Shown here: piece by piece, positions 53,121 to 64,000 of the stretch
How the letters are laid out: each line of letters opens with the position of its first letter
Position numbering within the stretch: position 1 is the first letter of the stretch
Source: Camelus dromedarius
Taxonomy: Eukaryota
Assembly (NCBI RefSeq): GCF_036321535.1
Contig: NC_087437.1
Location: forward strand, 7,936,001 to 8,000,000
Reading direction: 5' to 3'
DNA: 64,000 nucleotides
Program-made: the position numbers and the translations under genes
The notes under the pieces: model-generated
The model's database searches: none
The model's input: the letters and a program-made list of their open reading frames with translations, nothing else
Told to the model about the DNA's origin: nothing

Positions 53121-56100
53121 CTGTAAAATGCCCTTGAACACAATCCTGCCTTTTAAACCTGTGTTCTAGTGCTGACTCTTACATTGTCCATATGAGTTTA
53201 GGCAAGTGCACATACATTCTGCCTTTACTTTCAGGTATGTTAATTGTGGGCACTGGATTAAAATACCCTCCAAATCTTCCAGTGCTAACATTTCACACTT
53301 GGATTTTCTTACCAAAGTATCTGTTCCAGTTCTTCTCTGTTTTATCCAGGTCAAATAACCTACCTGAAAGCCAGATTCATTCTTCTGATTTACCTTCCCT
53401 CATTTAAATAGCTTTATTGGACCTAACCTAGTGTCTTACTCAAAAAAATGGTTAATAGTTGATTGATGAATCTAATATAGTTAGATTGACTACAATAGGA
53501 TACCATTATTTATCTTATCTACCCACTGGATTACTTTCCTCTGATCTTCAGTAACTTGATAAACAAAATAGCACTTTTGAACAATTACATTATGTATTAG
53601 CTTTTTAGGCTTTTCACACTTGTTACCTCATTATATCTTCACAGATTTCTTTCATAGCATTTTTTTCTGATCATAAATAAATGTATTTACTTATAGAAAG
53701 TTGGGATATTAGAGAAACACAAAAATTTTTATGTATTTGCATTCAATGTGTTTTACTCCGTATGTTACAAATTAGAGATTATTCTGGAAGAGTACTGCAT
53801 TCTTTTCTTCTCATTTAACATATAATAATATCTCATCTCTTTAAACTGTCTTTGGAGCATAATATAGCATCATTGGTGATTCTTTCCTGGGATAGTTTTG
53901 TTTTGTTTTGGAGAAAGATATTTTATTAACAATTGATAGATGGAAAACCTTAAGCAAAGAAAATTACAGTTTTCTGAGGTTATAGGGTAAGTTAATTTTT
54001 AAAATTACTCTGACTCCTCCTGACATAACTTTTTTCACTGAAATATGAGGATATCCCCCAAAATGTTGATGTTGGTGATCAATAAGTATGATAAATATCA
54101 CATAAAAATCAATTTGTCATCAAAATTCTCCAAAAAATTACATAGAAGATATATAGATAAGAAGTAGATATGTAATAAATATGGATGCATGCATGCATGG
54201 ATGGATTCAATGAATAAATTGATGAATGGATGGATTTGATGAATCTGAGCTGGAATGCTTTTTCCATTAGGGCAAATGGCCAAAGTCTGCATTAGAGCAT
54301 AGTATTCGGGAAGAGATTGAAAGTTTAACATTTCCTCTGTGCTTCAGAGCTAAAATATGGAGCCCAATGCAATCTTTACCAAACTAGTCTCACGAGAAAA
54401 TGAGAACCTGTGAATCACTCTTGACAGAAATGGGTCTTTTTTTTACCAGATCCAAAGTTATCCCAGCTGCATTCCACCACCCCATGTCATGCTGTTGGGG
54501 AAACACTGTAAACATTGGAAAGAGCCACTGTGGAGCTTCTTACGGTGCAAATAAATACCCAAGATGGCAAGCGTGCCATGAGCATCTAACACATCCTGCC
54601 TTGTGCATAGTGGTGAACAATGATATTTGTTTCTTCTAACCCTAACTGACTCTAGGTTTCCTCAGTTCTGAAGAAAGTATTTAGATCCAAGTGAAACCAA
54701 CTACAATATCTGAAACACAGAAAACCGTGCATTGGTAATAAACTCTGATATTGCTAAAGAAAGAGGTATCGAGGAAAGGAACCACGGAGCATCTGCCTTA
54801 TCCCAGCTGGAGGAAGGAACTGCATTCTCTCTGGTGCTCCCAGTTCAGACGCGTGGCCAGCTACACTAGCTTGTGATGCCAGTGAGGTGCCTTCTCTCTC
54901 ACCTGAACTCTCATCATTTTGCTCATAAATATTTAAATATGTAAGTTTCAAGCATTTATGGATGAAATGATAAAGAATCCTTTTAAAAAGTATAATACTA
55001 TGTCAATTTAAGAAAATTATTAATTTCTTAATATCATTGAATAGCCAATCATGACTCAGATTTTTTTCTCTGTCTCTTTCTCCTCTTCATCTTCTATTTG
55101 TGTATTCAAACCAGGATCTAAAAGTTTCATGTAATTCATTAGGTCGACAACACATTGCTATGTCCCTTCAGTCTCTTTTAACCTCTCTATTTTACTCCCT
55201 CACTCTCCCTTCAGTTTATTTAATGTATAAACCAGGTTGTTCATCTCTCTATATGCATTTCATGGGTCACAAACCTGTGTTGTCATATAACATGTTTGTG
55301 TGCCTCTATATTTCCTGTAAATTTACATTAATTTCTATATTTCCTGTGGGTCTAGAGGCCTGATCAGACTCAAGCTTGACTTTTTTGGGTGGAAGGGGGG
55401 AATTTCTCTGTTTTTAATATCCAAGGGAAGTATTTGGGCTTCATATACCATATTATCAGAGAACCATTTTGCTTAGTTTTAATGTCTGTGCCACCTCTAA
55501 AGTTTCCAAGAGACCATGGAAAGGACAGACACACCCTGGCTGCCACACCCTCATCTCCTGCTATAAGGAAGGACCATCTGTCCTAAACTCTGAGCCATCT
55601 CCAACCTCAGTTTAAGAGTTTGCTATATATATGACAGTCTCAAGCTGTCAAAAATCTCAGCACTGAAATTGGGTGTCCATTATAGACTCCTCTTCCTGTT
55701 GTATATTTTGTTTCACCAAAGGTCCCAGTAAAGGTCCTCTCAATCCACTAGATACCTTCTCATCAAAGGAAGTATCTTGGCCTTGAGCCTTTGGCTCACA
55801 GAGTCTCTATGATCTTAACACTGTGACCTCCTCTGACCTTTGACCTGTTACAAGGGGGATCTACTGTCCTTACAATTACATATCTAAGAGAAACACTACA
55901 TCCTTCTCAAAACAAAGAAATTCTTCTGAAATGATTTGCTGTCTCTGTCTATATAGTGAAATAGCAGGTGACTTTATTTGATAAGCCCAGCGTCTAGGAT
56001 ACAGGATTAAATATAAGTATAATCTTATAGGATCATAGAATTTCATGGAAGTGGTCACAGTCAGCCAAGAAAAATTTTCACAAAGAGTACCGGATACAGT

Positions 56101-56851
56101 CCTTAAAGGAACATTGTGAGTTAGCCTCATCATCCTCATTCTATAGGTGAGAAAATTGGGGCTCAGTAACCTACCAAGGGTCATAAAAATGTCTTTCTAT
56201 TACAACATATGGTATTTAATCAATATTTAAATTAGCGATAGTTTCCTAAAGTCAGTGACATAAGAAAGGAACCATATTTCAAAAATCTGCAAAAATCTGG
56301 TGACATATTCATTCTGAAACCGGAGCAGCAATCTTTTAGAATTAAGGAAAGAAAAAAATATAAAGTAAAACTCTACACACTTCTCTGGGCCCAGGAGATT
56401 GGCAGAGCACCCTGGGGGTAATCTTCTGTTAGTGATGGAGATGCAAAGTGCTGTTGCTGCAGAGGCAAGACACAGCTTGGCATTGTTCTGTTTTTTTGCC
56501 TCCAAAGCTGTAAGCTTGTTCCTTGCTAAGCTGTTTATCTATTCTCGCCCCATTCTCTCATTTGGTGTCATCAGTGCTTTTGTGTAAACATCTTTCTTCT
56601 TTCTATTCAGCACTATTTTTAAAAAATATCAAAGTATATGTGAGATTTAGGATTTACTTAAACATTCATGTTTTCTATATCAAATTGAAAAACTAATTTT
56701 ATTTGCTTATCTCTATAACCTTTCCTGCTAGATATCAACACTGAAGAGCCTTTGTTTATTCCACCATGTAGTCCCCAGGTGTCTTCTGACTTTTTCAAAC
56801 CTGAACAATAGGGAGGCACATAAGTCAGGATCTGTCACTTTATGCCCTTTT

Positions 56852-58492
56852 TTATTTTTTAGTTGAAGTATAACTGACTTACAATGTTGTGTTAGTTTCA
56901 GGTATACAGCATAGTGACTCAGTATTTTTGTGGATTATATTCCACTGTATGTTATTATGAGATAATGACTATAATTCCCAGCACTATATGGTATATCCTT
57001 TTTGCTTATTTATTGTGTACATAGTAGTTTGTATCTGTTAGTACCATAACCATAATTTGTCCCTCCCCCTTCTCTCTCCCTTTGGTAACCACCAGTTTGT
57101 TTTCTGTACCTGTGAGTCTGTTTCTGTTTTGCATTTGCAATCATTTGTGTTTCTTTAGATTACACATATAAGTGATATATTTATTTATCTTCCTCTGTCT
57201 GATTTATTTCACCGAGCATGATACTCTCTAGGTCCATCCACATTGCTACAATGGCAAAATTTCACTTATTTTAATAACTAAATAATATTCCATTGTATGT
57301 ATACACCACATCTTCTTAATCCAGTCATCTGTTGATGGGCACTTGGATTACTTCTATGTCTTGGCTATTATAAAGAGTGCTGCTGTGAACATTGGGGTGC
57401 ACATGTCTTTTTGAATTAGTGTTTTCATTTTTTCTGGGTATATACTCAAAAGAGTGGATTTGCTGGATCATACGGCATTTCTATCTTTAGTATTTCTGAG
57501 GAAACTCCATACTGTTTTCCATACTGGCTATACCAATTTGTATTCCCAGCAGCAGTGTACAAGGGTTCCTTTTCTGCACATCCTTGCCAACGTTTGTTAT
57601 TTGTAGACATTTTGGTGAAAGCCATTCTGACCAGTGTGGAGTGATGCCTCATGGTGGTCTTGATTTGCGTTTCCTTGACGATTAGTGATGTTGAACATGT
57701 TTTCATGTCGCTTTTGACCATCTGTATGTCTTCTTTGGAAAAATGTCTATTCAGGTCTTCTGCCTATTTTTGTGTTGGGTTGTTTGTTTTTTCTATATTG
57801 AGTTATATGAGCTGTTTATATATCTCAAATATTAACCCTTTGTAAGTCACATTATTTGCAAATATTTTTGCGTATTCTGTAGGTTGTCTTTTCATTTTGT
57901 CCATGGTTTCCTTTGCTGTGCACTTGTTTATTTTTGATCTTTTTTTTTCCCCCCTTAGGAGACTGATCAAAAAAATATTGAGGTGATTTACATCAAAAAG
58001 TGTTCTGCCTTTGTTCTCTTCTAGGAGTTTTATGGTTTCCATTCTTACATTTAGGTCTTTAAACCATTTTTAAATGGTTTACTCTTGTATATGATGTAAG
58101 GGAATGTTCTAATCTAACTGTTCTATATGTAGCTGTCTAGTTTCCCCAGAATCATTTGTTGAAGAGACTGTCTTTTCTCCATTGTATATGCTTGCCTCAT
58201 TTGTTGTTGATTAATTGACCATATGTGCCTGGATTTTTTTCTGGACTCTTTATTTTGTTCCATTGATGTATGTCTGTTTTGTGCCAGTACCATGCTGTTT
58301 CGATTTCTGTAGCTTTGTAGGATAGTCTGAAGTCCAGGAGGGTTATACCTCCTGCTTTGTCCTTTTTTCACAAGATTGCTTTGGCATTTTGGAGTCTTTT
58401 GTGGTTCCATATAAATTTTAGGATTATTTGTTCTAGTTTTGTGAAAAATGTCATGGATATGTTAATAGGGAGTGCATTAAATCTGTAGATTG
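56852..58492 (-). mobile_element. 5'-truncated L1 (~1.65 kb)
   Basis: 3' terminus agttgaagtataactgacttacaatgttgtgttagtttcagg. ORF2 pieces [10 protein letters not shown] and [11 protein letters not shown]. Imperfect TSD ctttatgccctttt (56838-56851) / ctttgtgccttttt (58493-58506). Confidence 0.9.
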
Positions 58493-59299
58493 CTTTGTGC
58501 CTTTTTAAGATGATTGGAACTATTGCCAAAAATTTTACCAGATTCTCTATTAAAGGACCCAGTCCATATAGGCAAGATATGATTTGCTGTACTCTTTTCC
58601 AAAACCATCTTTTCCAAATCAGTGTATTCCATCCATTCACACATACATTAGCCATTTATCCATTCTTTTATTTAGACATCTATCCATTCACTTGACCACT
58701 TACTCACTTACCCATTTATTCATTCAGCAAACATCTGTTAAGTCCCTACTCTTTGTTATGCACCAATGTTAAATTATTCCCTCATTTCTTATCCTATCCC
58801 ATCCCTTCCTATCTTTTTTCCTCTTGTTCTACTCAAACTTCTGGATCCACCTCGGAAATCTTATACTTCTTTATTGTCACCTTCAGTACATGTACTAGTC
58901 TCTCAATATCTATGTGTTGATTATTAAGAAAAGTTTAGAGAACAAGAAGTAGGAAGTCAAGGTGTATAAACAACCAGGAGAAAGGTTAGGAAGGGTTTAG
59001 AAGTGAGGTGACCAAAGGATTACCTAATCTGATCAAATTTTTTGGAGTATATACTTGGAATACTGGTATATAATTTAGGTTCCATAGAACATGAAATATG
59101 GAAGGAGGAAATCAATTTTATTTTAAGTTAAATTAGCTTTCCCAAGGCTCAGTTATTGTTGGTGATTTTATTTCCTACATAGATTTACATTCTAAATGAT
59201 GGAAGTCATCATGGAATATCCCTTTGATATATACCAAGTGATACAGTCTCATTAAAACAGTCCTGCCTGGACCATGGTCTTGCCGGGATTCACTAGATA

Positions 59300-59540
59300 G
59301 TATATGCAAATTTTGGAATGAAATAGACCTGAGTTCAAGTCCAAACTCTTAACACTTTCTACCTATGTGACCTTAGGCAATTTATTAACCTCTCCGAATC
59401 TTTGTTATTCATTTGTATAAGAAGAATAATAACACTTACCCTACTGTAGAATTTTAAAAATTAAATGAGATATATGATAAAAATTTTTAGCCCTACCCCT
59501 ATAGTAAAATGTTTAATTATAGTAACTATTATTAGTACCA
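59300..59540 (+). mobile_element. MIR SINE
   Basis: agacctgagttcaagtcc..ctatgtgaccttaggcaatttattaacctctc..ttaaatgagata. Confidence 0.8.
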
Positions 59541-62500
59541 TCACATGGATTTGCTGTTTCTTACAAGTAAGCTTAGGTAATTCTTGGTTTGTTTTCATAT
59601 ATGTCTACTTCTGCTTCATAAATAGGAGGGGTCATCACCAGTATTAAAATATGTACTAGCTTTCGTTTTCAAGTAAAGACATATAATTTAACTGATATTT
59701 TATATCTTTAAAAGAAATTCCAAAACTCCCTACTGTATTGACAATGAGTGTTTAAAATGAACTACTTCTGAAGTGGTCTCTAGACTTCATTTATTAAATC
59801 AATCACTTCCTCCTGTTGGCCTTATTGCATAACAGGCAATAACCGTGAACAAATTAATCCTTTATGTTCTAACTTAATAAAATTTTAATGCACAGGTTTT
59901 GGCCAGAAGGTAATAAAATATGAATCAAATAAGATTATGGGGGAAATAAACCAATCATTAGAAGTAATCCAGAATCCAGAATCCAGCTAGGGTCACCCTT
60001 CCCCTTAAAATGAAGATAAGATTGGCTTAAACCCAATGTCACAGCAGTGGGAAATCCAGCACTCTATTTAAGATTCCAGAAAATGGACTGGGAGCTTCGG
60101 CTCTTGTGTTCAGCTGGTCGCCAGTTATCTGCTTCTTCTAGAGATAAATTATTCAATTTATGAGTAATTTCATCATGAACCTGAAATTATAAACTTCTCC
60201 CAACATTGTGTTGACCCAGACTTGAAACTTGGCCTTTTCTCTTGATCTGTATAAAGACAAACTCCTCACAAAAAGTATTTGTATACAGAGCTGACTTTCT
60301 GGAAGGTTTGGAGAGCTGGGAAGGAAAGGAGATGCTTAAACATCACAATAAAGAAAAAACTTGTTAAAATTGTTACTGAGAGAAATCATCCCAAAGTTCT
60401 TTCATTGACTCCACCACTGCGGCTTGTTCCTCAGCTGCTGTGCTCCAGTTTGTCCCAGACTCTAACCAATTTCCTGATACTTCTCTCCTCATTCTCTGTC
60501 CCTACTCCCTCTTGAAATGTCCCTTAAAAGCTAAGAACTTTTCTTACTATTTATTGGTGTATTCTGTTCTCTCTGGCTATTATTTCTAAATTTAGTGCCA
60601 AATCTACTTTATGTTGGATGAATCTTAAACTGATCACGTGTTAAACATAACGAATGGCCAGTCTCTTCTCTTGGTAACACCAGCGACCAGCAGAAAACTA
60701 AAGTTTCCTTTACCAGTACCTTCTCTCCTAAAAAATATCTAATTTTAAATAGCGATTTCTCCTTGTTACGGAAATGTATAAAAAAGTAAACCAAATAAAC
60801 AAAATAAAGCCAGGAACAGAATATTTTTTAATGGAGGAATTATTCTTCAAAGGTTAGAAGAGTGACCACAAAGAATGCTCAATGAGATTTTTCTTTGAGA
60901 TTGATGTGGAGAAGTTTGTATGTCTTTCCCTAATCTGAGAAATCATTTGAGATGTGGCTATTTTATTGGTCTTAGATATAGAAATTTACTTTCAATTTCC
61001 ATTCATACCAGTATGTAGACCTTGTATGGCTTTGAACAAACAACATCTTAGAACCTCATGTGGAAACAGAAATCAGTGCCAGTACAGGACTCAGTTGGTG
61101 TGGGGATCAGATGAAATAATAAATGTATAAAAGCTTTATAAACTGGGAGACATAATCAAAACCATTCCTTTTAACTTTTTAAAATATGGAGACCCATGAG
61201 AAGGTACACAGACTTCTTGAAAGTCATAGGATGATCTACTCTTAAAATTTGGGACTAGATATTTGGCAATCATGCAGTAGCTTTTGCAACAGTATTTTAG
61301 TTCATTTTCATGGATACTCATGTTAAGTACTTTCTTGGTACATGATATAGAAACCAGAATATGAAGGAAAGTAAATATGAAAATAGAGATATCTCCATCC
61401 GGAGAGCCCCCATTGCATTCACCCAAAAAAAGATGATGGACAAAAAGGGTATCAGTCATTATATTTGCAGTAAGATGTGTTATTTTCATTTGGCATTGAA
61501 TATCCATTCTACTGTGATAAGCACCTTTTCTTCCAATGTGCAGGCCTCTGTGCAACAGCAAGTTATAGATAGAAAAGTTCACAGCGAGTGTGGCACTAAA
61601 GTAGGAAAATTAACTGTATGATTCTTGCTTTGGTTATTACTAACTGGTAGCCCAAAATATCCATTTTCACAGTAGGATCATACATGCTTTTGGTATCAGG
61701 TGCTCATGCTAGTTGCTAAGATTTTTTTTTTTTAACCCTGGAGATTGTTTGCACAGATAGAGTCCCTATTTTCGTGATCTTTCTTTTTCTACATTAACCA
61801 AACTAACCAGCCACTTCTCTTTGTTACCTTCTTTCCCATATATGTAAATACCTTTAGTCAAGGCTTGTAGCTTAGTGGCCATTCAGGCTTATTAAATTGA
61901 CTTCACTTGTTTCTGAAGGGATTGACTGTGCTACAGTCCAGTCATTATTTCACTCTCCAGGGTCCATATATTGCTCCCCCTGTTTCTAAGTCATTTGAGA
62001 GGCATCTCACTGTTATGACTCCCTTTTCCCCTCACAAAGCCAAGTAAACATGTTCAAAGAAGGAAGTGTCAGCTTGCCTGTTACACCATCATCCACATCC
62101 TCTCCAGGGTGGAAACTCATCTACACTTGTCTTTTGAAAAACCTGAGGGACCTCCCTCAGGCACTGAACAGCAGCCTAAGAATAGTCTTCCCAGGAAAAA
62201 AATCAGAAAGTCCCTGAGAAATAGCAAGGTATAAATCTTAAAGACCTGTAGAAGTTGGTCTCCAGAGGTTAAAAATAAAGTTTTAAGAAGTAGTGATGAA
62301 GGCACTGATGTTCGGTTTTTGAATTTTCCCAGCACTCTCCTTACTTTGCTCAAGATATTTCAAAATTGCAAAACTTTTAATGAACACTGAAGAAGTAAGA
62401 ACTTAACGACCAAGGTACATTTCAGAGTACCAAGTATATTCCAGTTCTTGCAGCCAGTGAGCAAGATCAAATTAAGGCCATAGTCATAGCTCTCAAGGAA

Positions 62501-63836
62501 TTTACATCCAGGTTAGCAGACAGAAGAGACAAACCAACAATTGGAATAGGGGATAAAGAGCAATTTGAAAAGCAAATAACCCCTTGGAAGGAGCTCAGCA
62601 CCGCCCTCCCCCAGCAACAGCAGGGGGTGAAGAATGTAATCAAGGCAGTGGACTGCATTCTTTTCCTGTCCTTTCTCCCATCTAGTGAGGGCACCAGTTG
62701 GAACGACAGAGACAATACGAATTCTCAAACACAATTAATTTACCCAGGTTATAACAGCATCAGCAGAAAAGGCAACAGACCTGCCATATTCCTAAAATTT
62801 CCCAGCTCATATGCTCCATTCAACCATTTACTTAACACCCAAAAAATCTCTTTGATTCATCCTTTGTGAACCTGATAGAATCCTCCAAAACTTTAATTAA
62901 ATAGATCCAGTTAGAACATTGCTTTTATTAGAATCTCTTATTAGAGCTGTTTACTTTTGTCTTTTCTCCATATAACATCATTAAAATGAGGCAGAGCAAC
63001 TAGGAGAGAAACCTGTGCATTTCAGTCCTCATTACACTCTGTTCCCTTAGTTGAACCCCAGTGCTGCCCTTGGCTCATGTCATGTGCACAGCCACAAAAC
63101 TGTAATGGTAAGATTAAATGGCAGTAGTCTTACCCTCATCCTCTTTGTTCTTCCACATGTGCACCAAGAATTTACTCACTTAATATATTCAATTTTGACA
63201 TCAAATACAATATATTTTCCTTCTCTTGTATAGATTTCTTTTTTGACCAGTTTTACCCAACTTGAGGGACTGTGGGAAATGGAGAGACATCTACCCCAGT
63301 CCTGGGAGACTTCCAGGATGGGTGTGGAAGGATGGATAGAAGCTAGCTAGTTAGTGAGGGAGAGGAAGGGACATCCAAGCAGAGAGATAGCAACAGGGAC
63401 AAGATCCAGAAGGGTGGGAAATGTGATTCCTTCTGGGAAGAAGTTGGTGAAAATGGAGCATCTGGGACAGGGAAGAGAAAGTCAATAGAAGAGAGCATAA
63501 ACAAACCCAGTAGCCAGCTGATGAAGAGAATGTGAAACACTGGGTCCAGCGGCTTCTGTGAATCACCACAAAAGCAATTACTGTGTGTTTCTCGTCCACT
63601 GCTGCAGAACTATTTCATGTGATGAAGGGGTTGAAGAATAATGAATGAACGAACAAGTGAATATAGGCATCCTGTATGCACATCAGACTTACATGCAGCA
63701 TTCCCAGGATAGCGTTCCTTTCAAGGGAGCTATTAATTAAAGGTAAGAAAAAATTAGTGCCAGTAGGTATTCAGATAAAATGTGGCACTTTGAATGCTCA
63801 AAATTGCTCCTCACCTAGGCTGAGTATGTAGCTAAG

Positions 63837-63991
63837 CAGAGGTCCGCGACTTTGGCTGAGTACTCTAATCACCTAGGGAGCTTAAAAAAAATCTCAAAGT
63901 CCAGTTCCCAATTAAATCAGAGGTGGAACCCAGGAGTAGTGTTTTACATCTCCAGGTGATGCCATTGTGCAGCTGCAGCTGAAAACCTCTG
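63837..63991. mobile_element. MER5A-like hAT MITE
   Basis: Inverted termini cagagg...cctctg; aatcacctagggagcttaaaa and ctccaggtgat..tgtgcagc. Confidence 0.75.
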
Positions 63992-64000
63992 AGCTTGTGT

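Noticed and set aside
61136..61621. Overlapping 148-aa (-) and 86-aa (+) ORFs in unique sequence
   Set aside because: No recognisable homology, motif or splice context; compatible with chance.
62600..62632. CTCF-like motif acagcagggggtg
   Set aside because: Only a partial match to the CCASYAGRKGGCR core, with mismatches at informative positions.
1..64000. Inferring a host gene's orientation from repeat strand bias
   Set aside because: Most younger L1s are on the minus strand, suggesting a + strand host, but many LTRs are on the plus strand, suggesting the opposite. The signal is contradictory and the counts are small.

Overview
AT-rich, CpG-depleted mammalian DNA, intergenic or intronic. 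I found no protein-coding exon, RNA gene or CRISPR array that I can support. Two tRNA-derived SINEs resembling the camelid Vic-1 type and the form of the young L1 3' ends point to a camelid (Camelus/Vicugna/Lama); I also saw no ruminant (Bov-A/BovB/CHR) or pig (PRE-1) SINEs. A large part of the window is interspersed repeat: L1s of several ages (some with clear target-site duplications, TSDs), MaLR/ERVL/ERV solo LTRs, hAT and Tigger DNA-transposon fossils, MIR and L2. Subfamily names come from my recall of consensus sequences, not from a RepeatMasker run. The supplied ORFs are L1 ORF2 remnants, antisense L1 frames or chance ORFs. I do not see a new gene system here. The main unexplained signals are structural: (1) a perfect 29-bp inverted repeat 2.3 kb apart; (2) a TSD-flanked chimeric L1 insertion; (3) a 41-bp direct duplication; (4) a ~50-nt hairpin; (5) a probable template-switch palindrome; (6) a short polyadenylated insert in Charlie1; (7) two candidate exons, probably non-coding.
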